A stretch of 64,000 nucleotides of DNA, taken from IMG/VR virus record IMGVR_UViG_3300042691_046823. One strand, given 5' to 3'. Position numbers and translations under genes: made by a program. A model generated the notes under the pieces. It did not search any database and was not told the DNA's origin. It saw only the letters and a list, made by a program, of their open reading frames with translations. The stretch comes from a virus. This document shows, in pieces, positions 15,854 to 25,748 of the stretch. The stretch's first letter is position 1. Each line of letters begins with the position of its first letter.

Positions 15854-15869
15854 AGCAAATTATCACAAC

Positions 15870-16832
15870 ATGAAAAAAATCTTTGTTTCTATTTTGATCA
15901 TCGTGGTCACTTGGCCAGCCTGGGCTTGGACACCACAACGATCCATCACTGTGTATATTGGTTACAGCGCCGGCAGCACAAACGAGCAAGTGTTTCGTAA
16001 AGTCACTGAGATAGTCACAGAAAACAATCCAGATGTCAAGTTCTTGATACAAACACGCCCTGGAGCCGATGGTGTCATAGCACAGAATCACTTGTCTACC
16101 CAGCCCGCTGATGGATACCATATCTCGGTGCCCAGCGTGGTCAGCTTGTTCGTGGCCAATGATATCTGGCAAAAGTCCACTAAAACCTATGACTGGGATA
16201 GTTTCATTAATCTGGCTATCATGGGAGAAACTCCTTCGGCTGTGATAGCCCACATAGACAGCAAGATCAACTCACCCCGTGACTTGGTGACCTATTTCAA
16301 AAATCCACAACGTCCAGTCAACGTGGCTATATCCGGAGGTACAGGACGAATCGCTTACGAATATTTCATGCATGTGATCAGCGGAGATCGTGACAAGATC
16401 CAGCATGTGAACTATCAAAACGCTGGACAGACTGTGTTAGCAGTGGCCAGCAAAGAAGTCGATTACAGTTTCGTACCAGTGACCGCGGCCAGGGCTGCCG
16501 TGGATTCTGGCAAGGTAAAGATAATTGCTGTCACATCCTCGGCTCGCTTGACAGCCCTATCTGAAGTCAGCATCTTGGCAGACGTGTTACCAGGATTTGA
16601 AATCTATTCTGGTTGGTTCGTGACCTTGCCAAAACAAACTGATCCGGCTGCCGTTGCCTGGTATCAGAGAGAATTCAGTCGGGCCATACGTAGCGATAAG
16701 TACAGGCGCTGGGCCGATGCTAATCTTATCATAGTAAACGAGCGGAGATTGGATCCAGTATCTGTGAAATCATATGCCGAAAAAATCAGGCGAGATCTTT
16801 TGCCTGCCACACAAAAAATCCGTCCCGAATAA
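15870..16832 (+). CDS. Bug/TctC-family substrate-binding protein
   Basis: Signal peptide; RPGADGVIA, PADGY, GKVKIIAVTS motifs. Confidence 0.88.
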   Translation: MKKIFVSILIIVVTWPAWAWTPQRSITVYIGYSAGSTNEQVFRKVTEIVTENNPDVKFLIQTRPGADGVIAQNHLSTQPADGYHISVPSVVSLFVANDIWQKSTKTYDWDSFINLAIMGETPSAVIAHIDSKINSPRDLVTYFKNPQRPVNVAISGGTGRIAYEYFMHVISGDRDKIQHVNYQNAGQTVLAVASKEVDYSFVPVTAARAAVDSGKVKIIAVTSSARLTALSEVSILADVLPGFEIYSGWFVTLPKQTDPAAVAWYQREFSRAIRSDKYRRWADANLIIVNERRLDPVSVKSYAEKIRRDLLPATQKIRPE

Positions 16833-16834
16833 TC

Positions 16835-17431
16835 ATGCATACTATAGCCAAACCTTTTTATTATAGCACGCTGCCGAATCTTCCACATCCGCCTGAACGT
16901 TTCGTGGAAGCCATAAGCCTGGATCCCAATGACTTTCCCACTACCAGTCCATTCCATGAAGTACGAGTCCGATTCTGCCGTAGGCAAGGCAAGCAATTCT
17001 TGGCCAGCCCAAGCGTGCGAGCAGAATTGCCCGCAGATCTCCAATCTGAATTTGAACAATGGGTTCGAGACAATATCATCTCAGAATTTGTTCATGCCGG
17101 AGTTAATTACCGCCACTTTAATGCAGATACCGGTGGCATACATACCGATACCAGCCGGCAGTTCAGCCTGACATACAACATCGACAACGGCGGACCCAAC
17201 GCAGGAATAACCTGGTGGCGAGAAAAAAATAAACCTTTGCTAAGAGAATCTGGCGTGCAGATATTGGATTTTGATCTTGTTGATCCTGTCATGGACTTCC
17301 GCGGGTATGAGCAAGGGTGGTTTTTCCATGACGCACGCATCTTACATAGCACCGAAGGCATAGAACGGCCTCGTGTGCAGTTCCAAGTCAGCCTCAATCT
17401 TGATCAGGTGCCTCCACACTGGTTTGATTGA
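16835..17431 (+). CDS. putative 2OG-Fe(II) dioxygenase-like (DSBH) protein
   Basis: IHTD ... LHSTEG..RPR, an HxD...H...R arrangement. Confidence 0.55.
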   Translation: MHTIAKPFYYSTLPNLPHPPERFVEAISLDPNDFPTTSPFHEVRVRFCRRQGKQFLASPSVRAELPADLQSEFEQWVRDNIISEFVHAGVNYRHFNADTGGIHTDTSRQFSLTYNIDNGGPNAGITWWREKNKPLLRESGVQILDFDLVDPVMDFRGYEQGWFFHDARILHSTEGIERPRVQFQVSLNLDQVPPHWFD

Positions 17432-17432
17432 C

Positions 17433-18665
17433 ATGTGGCGTGCTGACAATCCTAAGAACAGATTCGGATACTATTCTTCAGGTACGTTTCGTACCTACTC
17501 AAAATTTGAAGCCATGGATCATGCCATGGCACACGGTGGCAGTATCAAATGGCACTTCAACGAAGATTCATTTTCTCAAGTTCCGTGGACCCAAGAGCCG
17601 TCACAGTCTTTAGAAACCCTGTACAGGATAAGAGCACAGCAGATCCGAGACCGGTATGATTATGTAGTCTTGATGTACAGCGGAGGCATTGACAGTACAA
17701 ACATGGTCCGGGTGTTTTTTGAAAACAACATCCTGCCGGATGAAATTTGTAGCGTACATGAGCATCAAGGTACCGACGACAAACATGCCTTCCTGACAGG
17801 GGAAATATTCCATTCAGCCTTGCCTTATGTAAATGCCAATGTGGGATCGCGCCATCATACCAAACTGCGCATAGTAGACAGTGCCCGGGCACAGTACCAA
17901 GCAGTAGAGTCTCTCACGCCAGACTCGATCACTGCTACCATGTATCACTGGAACGTAGCACACAATTTAGGCAATCTGGCCAGATTTGATGTAAGGCGCC
18001 TGGTTCCTGAGTACAAATATATCATAGATTCAGGTCGCAGCCTATGCCTGGTCTGGGCTGAATGCAAACCACGCATAGATTACAACAGCACCACAGGCCG
18101 TCATCAAGTGCATTTTAATGAATCGGGGTTTGACATGATCTGTAACGCATATCATCAAGACACCGCGGATCCCACACGGCATGATGAATTGTTTTATACC
18201 ACACCGGACATGCCCGAGATAGTGGCCAAACAGTGCCATGTCTTGCTGGATCTCATGCGTAATCCTGTGACGTTCTCTGATATCATGACCAACAAAAGCA
18301 TAGCAGACCAGCCCATTGACAGTCCACATGCCCCGGGATTCAAGATAGACAATCCTCTTTCAAGCATGATAGTAACCTATAGAAATCGACAATGGTGGTG
18401 CATGAAACCTGCGGTAGTTAACCAGACTATCTACGCTGGTACAGATCCTGTGATTTACAATCAAGGCAAAAACGTAGATCGCCTCATACATCCCAGAGAT
18501 CAATGGATAAGAGACAAACTGCCCGCACACAGTCGACAATTCTACACTGAGTTTGCCAGATTCGCCAAACGATATAAACCCGTCTTGGGTAACGTGGACA
18601 GAAATCAAAGATTCGGTTTGGTAAAGACCAGCAATGGATACGACTTAGAATCAGTGATCCCTTGA
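17433..18665 (+). CDS. PP-loop (adenine nucleotide alpha-hydrolase-like) protein
   Basis: YSGGIDS; shares FGYY, RAQQIRDxYDYVV, FY and AKQCHVL blocks with 8701-9858. Confidence 0.75.
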   Translation: MWRADNPKNRFGYYSSGTFRTYSKFEAMDHAMAHGGSIKWHFNEDSFSQVPWTQEPSQSLETLYRIRAQQIRDRYDYVVLMYSGGIDSTNMVRVFFENNILPDEICSVHEHQGTDDKHAFLTGEIFHSALPYVNANVGSRHHTKLRIVDSARAQYQAVESLTPDSITATMYHWNVAHNLGNLARFDVRRLVPEYKYIIDSGRSLCLVWAECKPRIDYNSTTGRHQVHFNESGFDMICNAYHQDTADPTRHDELFYTTPDMPEIVAKQCHVLLDLMRNPVTFSDIMTNKSIADQPIDSPHAPGFKIDNPLSSMIVTYRNRQWWCMKPAVVNQTIYAGTDPVIYNQGKNVDRLIHPRDQWIRDKLPAHSRQFYTEFARFAKRYKPVLGNVDRNQRFGLVKTSNGYDLESVIP

Positions 18666-18839
18666 AAATCTAAGCACTGTATACAGGTTGACCAAAAATT
18701 CTCGTTGTCGTAACATAAGCACAATGAAGAACATACTCCACTCCCGGCAGTCAACCAGGGTTGTTAATCACGTAAATCCTAAGCCCGGGATCATGGTTGA
18801 CGTAGGTAAGTGCTTGCTAACCACTTGTTTTTAGGGTGG

Positions 18840-18868
18840 TTGACCAGAAATTGCCATTTTGCTATACT
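18840..18868 (+). promoter_or_regulatory. sigma70 early promoter (a second copy lies at 18688-18716)
   Basis: TTGACC-17-TATACT with extended -10 TG. Confidence 0.75.
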
Positions 18869-18900
18869 ATTGATATCATAACACACATAGGAGCCCTACT

Positions 18901-19152
18901 ATGAAAAATCTTAAATCTTACGTGGAACAGAAAAACCGTTGGAACGCTATCTTTGGTGGCCGACCATTGGTCATTGGCCCGGACAATCAAAAGATCGCCA
19001 ACATGATCGACTCCGAGTTGTCTCCCGAAAATCTCACCTGTGATGGTGAACTCAGTCGCACCGAAGTCAACCGTCGCTATCGCCAACTCACTACCGCGGC
19101 CAGCGAACTGCAGAAGTTAGATCCCAGCGTCAAGTTCTACGAATTCGCCTAA
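18901..19152 (+). CDS. conserved hypothetical phage protein
   Basis: LSPENLTCDGE motif; AGGAG SD. Confidence 0.8.
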   Translation: MKNLKSYVEQKNRWNAIFGGRPLVIGPDNQKIANMIDSELSPENLTCDGELSRTEVNRRYRQLTTAASELQKLDPSVKFYEFA

Positions 19153-19161
19153 GGACCAGCC

Positions 19162-19485
19162 ATGCAGAGCCGAGACTTAGACACCCAGCAGGCCCCGAAT
19201 CGGTGGTGGGCATCAAGAGACGCCCGGATGCGGAACATTGTAATGGCATCCACCTGGGATCAATCTAAACTGATCCAGGCCGAATCCATGAAGCAGGTGT
19301 TGCCCTTGGTTTATGCCTGCCGCGAAGTATATGTGAACCCGCGCCAGAAGTTTATCACCATCAAGGTAGAAAATGGTCGTGTACGTGATCAACGCAATCT
19401 TGATCTGCTGGAGGCCGAGTGGGAAGCCAAAGGAATCAAAAAGTGCGAGTCTGCGCAGGGAGTCATCTATCGCATACCACGATAG
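19162..19485 (+). CDS. hypothetical protein
   Basis: AAGGA SD; 107-aa ORF. Confidence 0.7.
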   Translation: MQSRDLDTQQAPNRWWASRDARMRNIVMASTWDQSKLIQAESMKQVLPLVYACREVYVNPRQKFITIKVENGRVRDQRNLDLLEAEWEAKGIKKCESAQGVIYRIPR

Positions 19486-19551
19486 GTTGACCAATAATAC
19501 CAATATCTTTTACAATAGTATTTCAATAATTAAACAAGAAAGGCATAGCCC

Positions 19552-20643
19552 ATGTCAGTAGAAAACCGCACCGTTACCGCGATTGGTGCTCGCAAAGCAG
19601 TCAAGAAGTGCTTTAACAAAAAACGCCCCATGTTCCTGTGGGGTCCTCCCGGAATCGGTAAATCCGAGGTAGTGGCCGATATCACCCGTGAACTGGGAGG
19701 CTTCATGATCGACCTGCGCCTGGGCCAGATGGATCCCACAGACATCCGTGGCATTCCGTTCTATAACAAAGAATTGGGCAAGATGGACTGGGCACCGCCC
19801 ATCGACTTGCCCGATGCGGAACTGGCCAGCCAGTATCCCGTGATCGTGCTATTCATGGACGAGATGAATTCTGCGGCGCCCGCAGTACAGGCCGCGGCCT
19901 ATCAGTTGGTGTTGAACCGACGCATCGGCAAATATGTCATGCCCGACAATGTGGTCATGATTGCCGCAGGTAACCGTGAGAGCGACAAAGGTGTTACCTA
20001 TCGCATGCCCACGCCCTTGGCCAACCGCTTCGTTCACATCGAGATGCGCCCTGACTTTGCAGTATGGCAAGAGTGGGCCGTGCTCAACGGCATCCACAAG
20101 GATGTAGTGGGTTATCTCAGTTTCGCCAAGCAGGATTTATATGACTTTGATGCCAAGAGTTCCAGCCGTGCATTCGCTACACCACGCTCTTGGACCTTTG
20201 TCAGCGAACTGCTCGAAGATGAAGATCTCGACGACGCTTCGGCCACTGATCTTATCGCAGGCACTGTGGGCGAAGGCCTGGCAGTGAAGTTCCAAGCACA
20301 TCGCAAGATCGCAGGCAAATTACCCAAGCCCGAAGACATCTTGTCAGGCAAGGAAAAAGACCTGGCAGTGAAAGAAGTGTCGGCCATGTACAGCCTGGTG
20401 ATTAGCCTGTGCTATGAACTCAAAGATGCCTTGGAAGTCCGCAAGGTCAAAGATTCGGAGTTCCATGGCATGGCCGATAACTTCTTCGCTTACATGATGA
20501 AGAACTTCGAGACTGAACTGGTGGTCATGGGTGCCCGTATTGCACTTACCACCTACAACTTACCGTTCCAGCCTACCAAGTTGAAGAACTTCGACGAGTT
20601 CCATCAGCGTTATGGCAAGTACATCTTGCAAGCCAACTCCTAA
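19552..20643 (+). CDS. MoxR-like AAA+ ATPase
   Basis: GPPGIGKS Walker A, LFMDE Walker B, AAGN, LANRF, TPRSW; promoter TTGACC-18-TACAAT at 19487-19516. Confidence 0.92.
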   Translation: MSVENRTVTAIGARKAVKKCFNKKRPMFLWGPPGIGKSEVVADITRELGGFMIDLRLGQMDPTDIRGIPFYNKELGKMDWAPPIDLPDAELASQYPVIVLFMDEMNSAAPAVQAAAYQLVLNRRIGKYVMPDNVVMIAAGNRESDKGVTYRMPTPLANRFVHIEMRPDFAVWQEWAVLNGIHKDVVGYLSFAKQDLYDFDAKSSSRAFATPRSWTFVSELLEDEDLDDASATDLIAGTVGEGLAVKFQAHRKIAGKLPKPEDILSGKEKDLAVKEVSAMYSLVISLCYELKDALEVRKVKDSEFHGMADNFFAYMMKNFETELVVMGARIALTTYNLPFQPTKLKNFDEFHQRYGKYILQANS

Positions 20644-20669
20644 GAGCCAACAGGGCGAGGTCTATCGCG

Positions 20670-20936
20670 ATGAGCGAACATAGGGCTATGTCTGACCTCG
20701 CCCTTCCCATCTTCCAGCAACCACCCATACGGGTGGTTTTTCGTCCTTACGATCATGACGCTGTGCAGACCATGCTCCGACAGGTGGCAAGTGATTTTGG
20801 GCGTCCCAGCGATCGTTGGAAATATCGTAGTCCCGACCCATTAGAAGCGGCTGATGAACCCAACGCATGGCAGTTGGATTTCTACTTTGCTGATGCACAT
20901 GATGCCATGATATTCAGCCTTAAATATCAGCGATGA
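20670..20936 (+). CDS. small hypothetical protein
   Basis: C-terminal FADAHDAMIFSLKY motif. Confidence 0.65.
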   Translation: MSEHRAMSDLALPIFQQPPIRVVFRPYDHDAVQTMLRQVASDFGRPSDRWKYRSPDPLEAADEPNAWQLDFYFADAHDAMIFSLKYQR

Positions 20937-21310
20937 AATACGAAATAGTGAAATTGGATGGTCGTTTTACCTACCGCGACTTGTTTGGGTACTGCATCAA
21001 GTTCTCAAATCGCATGGCTGTAGATAATGGTCCACTCAAGTTCAATGATGCCATGCGATGGTTCACAGACACCTATGGCTGGAGTGCCGAGATCCGTGAC
21101 TACTCTAAAATGCACAAATGGACCCGCCAGGCCACACAATGGATGGGTTCTCCGCGGCTCCAAGCGGCATCAGGTTTGTTAGAAGAAGTGCCTGATCATT
21201 GCAACCCACATTGGTCCTGGACTAATGGCTACGACGATCTCCGAATCTATGTGGCCACAGATCGAGAACTGAATTTTTTCCAGCTGAGATGGCCTAATCA
21301 AAACTCATGA
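20933..21310 (+). CDS. hypothetical protein
   Basis: ATGA coupling; C-terminal ELNFFQLRW. Confidence 0.75.
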   Translation: MKYEIVKLDGRFTYRDLFGYCIKFSNRMAVDNGPLKFNDAMRWFTDTYGWSAEIRDYSKMHKWTRQATQWMGSPRLQAASGLLEEVPDHCNPHWSWTNGYDDLRIYVATDRELNFFQLRWPNQNS

Positions 21311-21984
21311 TAATAATCATAGGCGATTCTTGGGGAGTAGGTGAGTGGGATCGATGCTGTAATCTCGGTGGACCGAGATTTGGCCAATACTTGATGTTGC
21401 ACGATCAGGTATGTAATCTCAGCCTGGGTGCAGGTAGTAATACCGATTCCCTGGATCGTCTATCCCAATTTTTAAAAAAATTCAAGGCAGACCAGTACGA
21501 TACCATATATTGGATCGTGACCTGTCCCAGTAGAGATATAGATATTGACCAGTGCCTGCCAGATTCTGAATCATTGAAACAAAAACTGATTGATTATTTG
21601 TTTCAATCTCTGGATACCGCACAAAAACTTGCCGACCATCATGGTGTGAGGATCAACTTGATAGGTGGATTGTGCGATTTAAATGTGATAGATATTTCTA
21701 AATATGAACATCTCGATGTAAGTGTAGCGAGTTGGGGACAGTTGTTGGACCAACAATACAGCATCGGTTTATTTTATCCTGGATCCTGGACAGACATCGG
21801 GCTGACAATAAAAACACAATACCCGCATCATTTGGATGACTGGAATGACATCGCAGACATGGTAATCGCAAAAAATCAAAGTTGGAATAAAATTTTCCAT
21901 ACCGACGGATCACATCCAGATCGCACTGGTCATAAGATTTTACATAACTATCTTTATCCCGAATGGGCATGGAAACTGGGATGA
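21307..21984 (+). CDS. SGNH/GDSL hydrolase-like protein
   Basis: IIIGDSW, GAGSN, DGSHP motifs. Confidence 0.7.
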   Translation: MIIIIGDSWGVGEWDRCCNLGGPRFGQYLMLHDQVCNLSLGAGSNTDSLDRLSQFLKKFKADQYDTIYWIVTCPSRDIDIDQCLPDSESLKQKLIDYLFQSLDTAQKLADHHGVRINLIGGLCDLNVIDISKYEHLDVSVASWGQLLDQQYSIGLFYPGSWTDIGLTIKTQYPHHLDDWNDIADMVIAKNQSWNKIFHTDGSHPDRTGHKILHNYLYPEWAWKLG

Positions 21985-22229
21985 GCAACGATCTCTACCG
22001 AGACCGCGACTCAAGACTGGACACCATAGTAGGTGATAATAAATCTTACTTCGCCATGTTGGGTCGTATCATGTTTACCAGTGAAAGTACTGATATGGTG
22101 TTCCAAGACTGGTGCGAAACCCAGCACGGGTTCCGCCCTATATACGACGAGAATGGAGCAATAACTGGAAAACCGGAGATCACAGACCCCCAGAAATACA
22201 CCTTGTGCGTGCTGAAATATGGCGGTTGA
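21981..22229 (+). CDS. small hypothetical protein
   Basis: ATGA coupling; C-terminal DPQKYTLCVLKYG. Confidence 0.65.
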   Translation: MSNDLYRDRDSRLDTIVGDNKSYFAMLGRIMFTSESTDMVFQDWCETQHGFRPIYDENGAITGKPEITDPQKYTLCVLKYGG

Positions 22230-22277
22230 CCAGAAATGCCCATTTTGCTATAATATAGATATAATCAAGGAGCGACT

Positions 22278-23567
22278 ATGACAGCACAAGCCACAGCCAC
22301 AGTAGATTCAGCCAACAAAGACGACGCCAAAAGATTCGCTGAACTTATCGGTCCCATGGATCCCAAAGTAGATCGCGAAGTGCGCGAGATGCTGGTCACT
22401 GCCCGTGTGGGAATGTTACTCCGGGCCAGTTTCTTTGGCAATCTGGCCACCCGTCTTAAACTGGTCAACGCCGATGAATGGTGTGCCACCGCCGCCACAG
22501 ACGGCAGGAACTTCTATTACAACAGCCGATTCATCAAGATGCTCAAGCCCAAAGAGATCGAGTTCTTGTTTGGTCACGAGGTACTCCACTGTGTGTATGA
22601 TCACTTTGGACGCCGTGGCAATCGTGATCCTCAGTTATTCAACATCGCCAATGACTACTGTGTCAATGCCGACTTGAAAAAACATCGTGTGGGCGAATTC
22701 ATCACTTCAGTGCCTTGCTTATATGACAGCAAGTTCGAAGGCAAATCGTCAGAAGAGATCTATGACTACCTATACGAGAATGCTGAAAAGATCAATATCA
22801 ATGATTTGATCGATCGCATCTTAGACGAGCACATGGATGGCGATGACGGTGATGGCTCTGGCTCCGGGCAAGATGAAGGCAAGGGCAAAGGTCGTCCCAA
22901 GTTGAGCCAAGAAGAGCGTGACAAGATTCGCGACGAGATCAAAGAAGCCATGCTGTCAGCCGCACAGACCTGCGATGCTGGTAACTTGCCTTTGGGTGTC
23001 AAGCGACTGATCCAGCAACTCACCGAACCCAAAATGAACTGGCGCGAACTGCTCCGCATGCAGTTAGAGAGCACTATCAAGTCAGACTACACTTGGCTCA
23101 GATCCAGCCGCAAGGGTTGGCATGTAGATGCTGTGATGCCTGGCATGAAGACCACAGACGCCATTGACATCGCAGTGGCCATAGACACATCGGGTTCGAT
23201 CTCAGACAAACAGGCCCGAGACTTCCTCAGCGAGATCCGTGGCATCATGGAGTCGTTCGATTCCTACAAGATCCATGTGTTCACCTTCGATACCAAATGC
23301 TACAATCCGCAGATTTATACTTCGGACAATTTAGAAGACATCGAAGACTACGATATCCAAGGCGGTGGCGGTACTGACTTCGAAGCAATCTTTGAGTTCA
23401 TGAAAGCCGAAGACATTGAGCCACGAAAACTGGTGGTGTTCACTGATGGGTATCCGTTTGGATCCTGGGGTGATCCCAACTACTGTGACACAGTATGGAT
23501 CATTCATGGCAATAAACAGCCTGACCCGCCGTTTGGTGTCTGGGCCGAGTACGGCGAGCAAGACTAA
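22278..23567 (+). CDS. metallopeptidase (HExxH) plus VWA-domain protein, DUF2201-like
   Basis: TAATDG, HEVLH, DTSGSI MIDAS, GGGGTDF, FTDGY; promoter TTGACC-17-TATAAT at 22226-22254. Confidence 0.9.
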   Translation: MTAQATATVDSANKDDAKRFAELIGPMDPKVDREVREMLVTARVGMLLRASFFGNLATRLKLVNADEWCATAATDGRNFYYNSRFIKMLKPKEIEFLFGHEVLHCVYDHFGRRGNRDPQLFNIANDYCVNADLKKHRVGEFITSVPCLYDSKFEGKSSEEIYDYLYENAEKININDLIDRILDEHMDGDDGDGSGSGQDEGKGKGRPKLSQEERDKIRDEIKEAMLSAAQTCDAGNLPLGVKRLIQQLTEPKMNWRELLRMQLESTIKSDYTWLRSSRKGWHVDAVMPGMKTTDAIDIAVAIDTSGSISDKQARDFLSEIRGIMESFDSYKIHVFTFDTKCYNPQIYTSDNLEDIEDYDIQGGGGTDFEAIFEFMKAEDIEPRKLVVFTDGYPFGSWGDPNYCDTVWIIHGNKQPDPPFGVWAEYGEQD

Positions 23568-23583
23568 TTTAGCCAAAACCCGC

Positions 23584-23618
23584 AAAAACCCCGGTCATTT
23601 ACGTGGCCGGGGTTTTTT
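23584..23618 (+). terminator. intrinsic terminator
   Basis: AAAACCCCGGTCA...TGGCCGGGGTTTTTT. Confidence 0.8.
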
Positions 23619-23636
23619 GTTGACGTAAATATCTAC

Positions 23637-23843
23637 ATGAGTGAGTCTGCCCAGCCTTTGTCTTTAAACGATCTTATCGTGGTCAAAAACATGATAGAAT
23701 TGGCCTGTCAACGTGGTACTTGGCAAGCCGGTGAAATGCGCACGGTTGGTGAGATATATGACAAACTATCCGCCTTCCTCGACTACATTGTTCAACAAGC
23801 CGAGCAGGCTCCACAAACAACCCAAGGAGAAACAAATGCTTAA
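23637..23843 (+). CDS. conserved small phage protein
   Basis: LNDL..IELACQRG..EM..VG..YDKL motif; TAAATA 5 nt upstream. Confidence 0.75.
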   Translation: MSESAQPLSLNDLIVVKNMIELACQRGTWQAGEMRTVGEIYDKLSAFLDYIVQQAEQAPQTTQGETNA

Positions 23844-24516
23844 ACACATCGGCAAACAACAAGATCGCAAGGTAGCGATCGTGTTCCGTGAAGTGCCGGG
23901 CGAGGAGCACATGGCTCTGGTCATCTATCCAGATATCTTGCCTGTACACATGCATGACACCATCATGAAAGTGCTGGAATCAGAGGTAGGACAACAAGCA
24001 GAAAATTTCGGCGATGCTTTGTTCCGCAGTCTATTGCCAGATGGACGTCCTATTTTGACAACCTTGCATCAAGAAGGCATGATCAAAAAAGTACAGACCA
24101 AGAACATCACTGTGACACCCACTGCTACCAGCCATGTCAAACTGGATGAGATGAATGCTATCCTGCGTGAAATGAAGATGGGAGAAGATGCGGTCAAGCG
24201 CCTGGCAGAATTAGATAGTCAGCGTGGTATGACTGGCGCTGTGCGACGCAAAGATGATTTTGGTCGCGAAGTAGGCGCACCCAATGATCGGTTGCGCGGC
24301 GCACAAGTGGCAGGCAGTGATGCGGCCAAAGCACTGGATGACCGAAGCATTGCTGGTGACCTCATGGCTCAAGCTCAAAAGATGGAGCGTGAAGCCAAAG
24401 GCCTGATCGCAGAAGCCGCGAGATTGGCCAAAGAGGCAGCAGCTTTGGCGGGTGGCGACGGTGCCAGACCCAAGGCAGGTAGACCCAAAAAGGTCAAGTC
24501 TGCCGATGCAGCTTGA
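23836..24516 (+). CDS. hypothetical protein (MLKHIGK...)
   Basis: AAGGAG SD; helical region and basic tail. Confidence 0.8.
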   Translation: MLKHIGKQQDRKVAIVFREVPGEEHMALVIYPDILPVHMHDTIMKVLESEVGQQAENFGDALFRSLLPDGRPILTTLHQEGMIKKVQTKNITVTPTATSHVKLDEMNAILREMKMGEDAVKRLAELDSQRGMTGAVRRKDDFGREVGAPNDRLRGAQVAGSDAAKALDDRSIAGDLMAQAQKMEREAKGLIAEAARLAKEAAALAGGDGARPKAGRPKKVKSADAA

Positions 24517-24808
24517 TCACGACTTCCAAAAAAGATGGGAACAGATAGTCAACGATGTTGACAAAGATCATATTCCCATCCATTGTGTAAAAAAGGTGGT
24601 GTTCAAAACCACCGACCGGCGGCAGCGCAGTATCAACATCCGCAATTTGCGCAAGCAAGGCATAGATGAGGACAGCATAGAAAAATGTGTGAGCAGTTTC
24701 ATTGCCCAGCATGAAGAGACCATACTCAGCATGGAACTGGTCTTAGATGTAGAAGCCATTGCCGGTATCGTCCAACCCGAAACTGACAAATTGTTGAAAG
24801 GCATGTGA
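24506..24808 (+). CDS. hypothetical protein
   Basis: Overlap-coupled ORF. Confidence 0.7.
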   Translation: MQLDHDFQKRWEQIVNDVDKDHIPIHCVKKVVFKTTDRRQRSINIRNLRKQGIDEDSIEKCVSSFIAQHEETILSMELVLDVEAIAGIVQPETDKLLKGM

Positions 24809-25494
24809 TGCATGTTCGTTTGGTATCCTACAGCCAACCCACAGACCAATATAGAGATCTGGGCATCTCGGATGCGCAGGAACTCATTGCGTATTGCGCC
24901 CGTGTGTCCAATCCCTCAAATCAGCTTAACACTGAATCATCAGAGAAACTCATCCGATACTTGGTCAAGCATCAACACTGGAGCCCACTCGAAATGGTCT
25001 CAGCCTGCTGTGAAATCACCACAACCAGAGACATCGCCCGACAAATCTTGCGACATAGGAGTTTTAGTTTCCAAGAGTTCAGCCAGCGATATGCTGACCC
25101 TACTCGAGACCTCGATTTTGTTCGTAAAGAAGCACGATTGCAAGACACAAAAAATCGACAGAACTCCACAACTCTTGACATGTCCAACGCAAACGATCGA
25201 GAACTTGCCCGGTTATGGCAAGAAAAACAAGATCAAGTCATACGAGTCAGTAGAGATGTCTATACCTGGGCTATCGCTAATGGCATAGCCAAAGAACAAG
25301 CCCGTGCTGTGTTGCCCGAAGGTCTCACTGAAAGCAGACTTTATATGAACGGCACGCTAAGATCATGGATACACTTTATTGAACTGCGTTCAGGCCACGG
25401 TACTCAACTGGAACACATGCAAGTAGCCCATGCCTGTGCTGACGTTATAGCACAGATCTTCCCCATGAGTGCCGAATTCGTCGAAAAATCCTAA
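24805..25494 (+). CDS. thyX: flavin-dependent thymidylate synthase
   Basis: RHRSFSFQEFSQRY signature; HWSPLE; KEQARAVLP. Confidence 0.96.
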   Translation: MMHVRLVSYSQPTDQYRDLGISDAQELIAYCARVSNPSNQLNTESSEKLIRYLVKHQHWSPLEMVSACCEITTTRDIARQILRHRSFSFQEFSQRYADPTRDLDFVRKEARLQDTKNRQNSTTLDMSNANDRELARLWQEKQDQVIRVSRDVYTWAIANGIAKEQARAVLPEGLTESRLYMNGTLRSWIHFIELRSGHGTQLEHMQVAHACADVIAQIFPMSAEFVEKS

Positions 25495-25514
25495 GTTTAT
25501 TGTTATAATAAAGT

Positions 25515-25748
25515 ATGAGGATAGTATTCCATTCCTTTACCATGGGTGATGTAGATGATGTTGACATTTACGTGGCTCCGCCTTTGTTTGATTGGCAAAA
25601 AACCGAGCAAGGCAAATGGGTCATGGAAAATGCCCATGATCTTTCCTACGATGTCAGGCCAGACTTTAGATCATTTGGCTCTTTGGTCACAGTTACGGGT
25701 ATATTGCCAGACATCAAAGCTACAGAATACTTTTTGAAATGGGGATAA
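25515..25748 (+). CDS. small hypothetical protein
   Basis: MGDVDDVDIYVA motif; ends YFLKWG; TATAAT 5 nt upstream. Confidence 0.7.
   Translation: MRIVFHSFTMGDVDDVDIYVAPPLFDWQKTEQGKWVMENAHDLSYDVRPDFRSFGSLVTVTGILPDIKATEYFLKWG

Noticed and set aside
15337-15858. ORFs on both strands across the tmRNA locus
   Set aside because: Explained by the tmRNA; only the 15331-15489 ORF and the intervening-segment ORF have supporting signals.
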